Of a DNA stretch of 64,000 bases, positions 62,074-64,000 are shown piece by piece. Location: NCBI GenBank assembly GCA_002269645.1, contig NIVC01002194.1, positions 85,349 to 149,348 on the forward strand, in the 5' to 3' direction. The stretch is from Macrostomum lignano (Eukaryota). Made by a program: the position numbers and the translations under genes. The notes beneath the pieces are model-generated. The model worked only from the letters and a program-made list of their open reading frames with translations. It made no database searches and was not told the origin of the DNA. Every line of letters starts with the position of its first letter. Within the stretch, counting starts at the first letter, position 1.

Positions 62074-63796
62074 ATGTGGCGCATTTTGAACTCTTGCATC
62101 ACTGCCGCAGAAGCTGGACAGATTAAGCGGGCAAAATCTCCTAGAAGAAGAAGAAGATCAACCAGTGCGTCAAGGCGTCGCCGATCTAGACGGGAGCAGC
62201 GCGATCCGCAGCGACTGATCCAGCGGACAGAGACCGGCGTCGACACCGATGACGAATTCAAAAATGACAGCGACAGCGTCTTCTGGCAGAAGTTTGTTTC
62301 CGGCCAGTTGCGAAAAACTTTGGCGCGAAGTGTTGAACGCCGCCTTAAAAACGGCAACTCAGCCGATGGAAGTGGACACGGAATTCCGGATGGAAGAGCC
62401 AATGGAAGTGGATGCGGAGACGGAAGAGCCCATGGAATTGGATATGGAAGCTGGCAGGGTAGAGCTGATGGAAGCAGGATAGACGATGAAAGCCCACATG
62501 GAAACCGGATAGCCGATGGAAGCGGATATGATGGAAACCGGATAGCCAATGGAAAGGCAGATATAAACAAGATAGCCACTGGAAACGAACATAGAAACCG
62601 GATAGCCGATGGAAGCGGATATGGAGAACAGATAGCTGATGGAAGCCCACATGGAGAACGGATAGCTGATGGAAGCCCACATGGGAACCGGATAGCCGAT
62701 GGAAGCCCACATGGAGAACGGATAGCTGATGGAAGCCCACATGGAGAACGGATAGCTGATGGAAGCCCACATGGAAACTGGATAGCCACTGGAAATACGA
62801 GTAGAAAACCCGCGAAAAACGTGAATACTAATGCTAACAGTAACAACATGAGTGTAGTGATGGCTGTCGACAAAGACAACGAAATTGTCGAACCGACCAG
62901 CCTTCAAATCGCCCGCCGACGTCGGAAAGTCTTTGTTGCTCTGTTAGCCTTGGACAAAGATCACAACGCAGCTTCTGGCGGTCGGAGCAATGGACGCGGC
63001 CAGCAGACACTTGAGAAATCGACTTACAGTCTGCAGAGAGCGGAGGACCCAGCCGCTGCGGAAGCAGCATTGGAAGGCGAAGAGTGCTCAGCGGATGCGA
63101 GAACTATTCTAGCTGAGCCACTGGATGCTGAGCATTCGGCTGGTTGTCTGCACCATCGAGATTGCGGATTCTGTTGTAAGTATTTTGTCTCAATGTTGTA
63201 TAGTTTTTTAATTAGAATTATAGGCGCTGATAGCGGACATATTACGCCGTTATAAATTCAGACTCGGTCATTTTTATGCGGATTGACTATTTCAAATTTT
63301 TATTTCATTTAAGAGTGAAGGCTCATTATTAAACAAATTTGGAATTTTGCCGATCTTAAAATTTTGAAGTCCATTGAGGATCTTGAAGATACAAAGCATT
63401 GGGATTTTAAAGATATTGGGATTTTGAAGACATTGAGAGTTTGAAGATGCTGGGATATTTAAAGATTTTTGGATTTTTTAGATACCTGATTACCGTATAA
63501 ATAGGGATTTCAATTAAATTAGAAACTAATTTGACGTAGATTCAGAATATTTGAATCGGGGGTATAAGAAGTTCTTGGAAGGGTTCGTGAACAAAAATCG
63601 GTCAGGGGGCTTTTTGTGCAGTTCACGACGATTGAGGGCCAATTGACAAGACACCGTGAGTGTACATGTTTGACGATTAGAGATCAGAGTCAGGAGCGCT
63701 GTAAACTGAAAATATGTAAACTCACCTGTTTTAGGTCGTCCTTGTTCATGCCATCGCGCGTTGTGGAGCCGTCCAGCCAAACGCTGCAACGCTTGG
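62074..63796 (+). CDS. 5' part of an unidentified protein: basic R/S-rich N-terminus, GSPHGERIAD decapeptide repeats, Cys-rich segment; continues past the window
   Basis: Long GC-rich exon 62074-63175 ending at T|GTAAGT; phase-compatible exon 63735-63796 (CRPCSCHRALWSRPAKRCNAW|GTAATA). No family recognised. Confidence 0.6.
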
Positions 63797-64000
63797 GTAA
63801 TAATATTCATTGTTTATTGATTTATTCGTCTTACATTAAAGTTTTTCTTTTATTCTAAAACATTGCTTGTAAACTCAATGACGAATTAGGTCTCTTTAGA
63901 AACTGGTCATGATTACTGGAGTCCACACTCGCACTTTGAACATGCAGGCGTTATTATCTTAACTGCTTCACGATTGTACTTTTAGCACGGGTGTTATTAT

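Overview
Eukaryotic (metazoan) genomic DNA, intron-rich and saturated with tandem repeats and DNA-transposon relics. The CAG/Gln-rich exons and minisatellite-filled introns suggest a free-living flatworm such as Macrostomum (inference, not proven). Six spliced genes can be reconstructed by hand: (1) neutral ceramidase (minus, 9 exons, runs off the left edge); (2) voltage-gated K+ channel beta subunit of the aldo-keto reductase family (plus); (3) a ~1260-aa Q/H/P-rich, RGG-containing protein with a possible degenerate La-module, LARP4-like (minus); (4) a coiled-coil/ER-helix/ZU5-ZU5-UPA-death-domain protein, DTHD1/PIDD-like (minus); (5) an orphan class C GPCR with VFT, 9-Cys and 7TM domains (plus); (6) the 5' part of an unidentified repeat-containing protein (plus, runs off the right edge). 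Mobile elements: two adjacent related Mutator-like foldback elements with 9-bp TSDs (one carrying a nested TTAA-flanked MITE, the other a transposase N-terminal fragment), an IS630/Tc1 remnant, a dead DIRS/Ngaro-type tyrosine recombinase, two tRNA-derived CORE-like SINEs and several hAT-like MITEs carrying minisatellites. No CRISPR array, rRNA or intact tRNA is present. The most notable leads are a candidate TGA-CGG stop-codon readthrough extension at the 3' end of the Kv-beta gene, the twin Mutator pair, the divergent LARP-like protein, and the near-universal filling of large introns by distinct minisatellites, several seeded by mobile elements.
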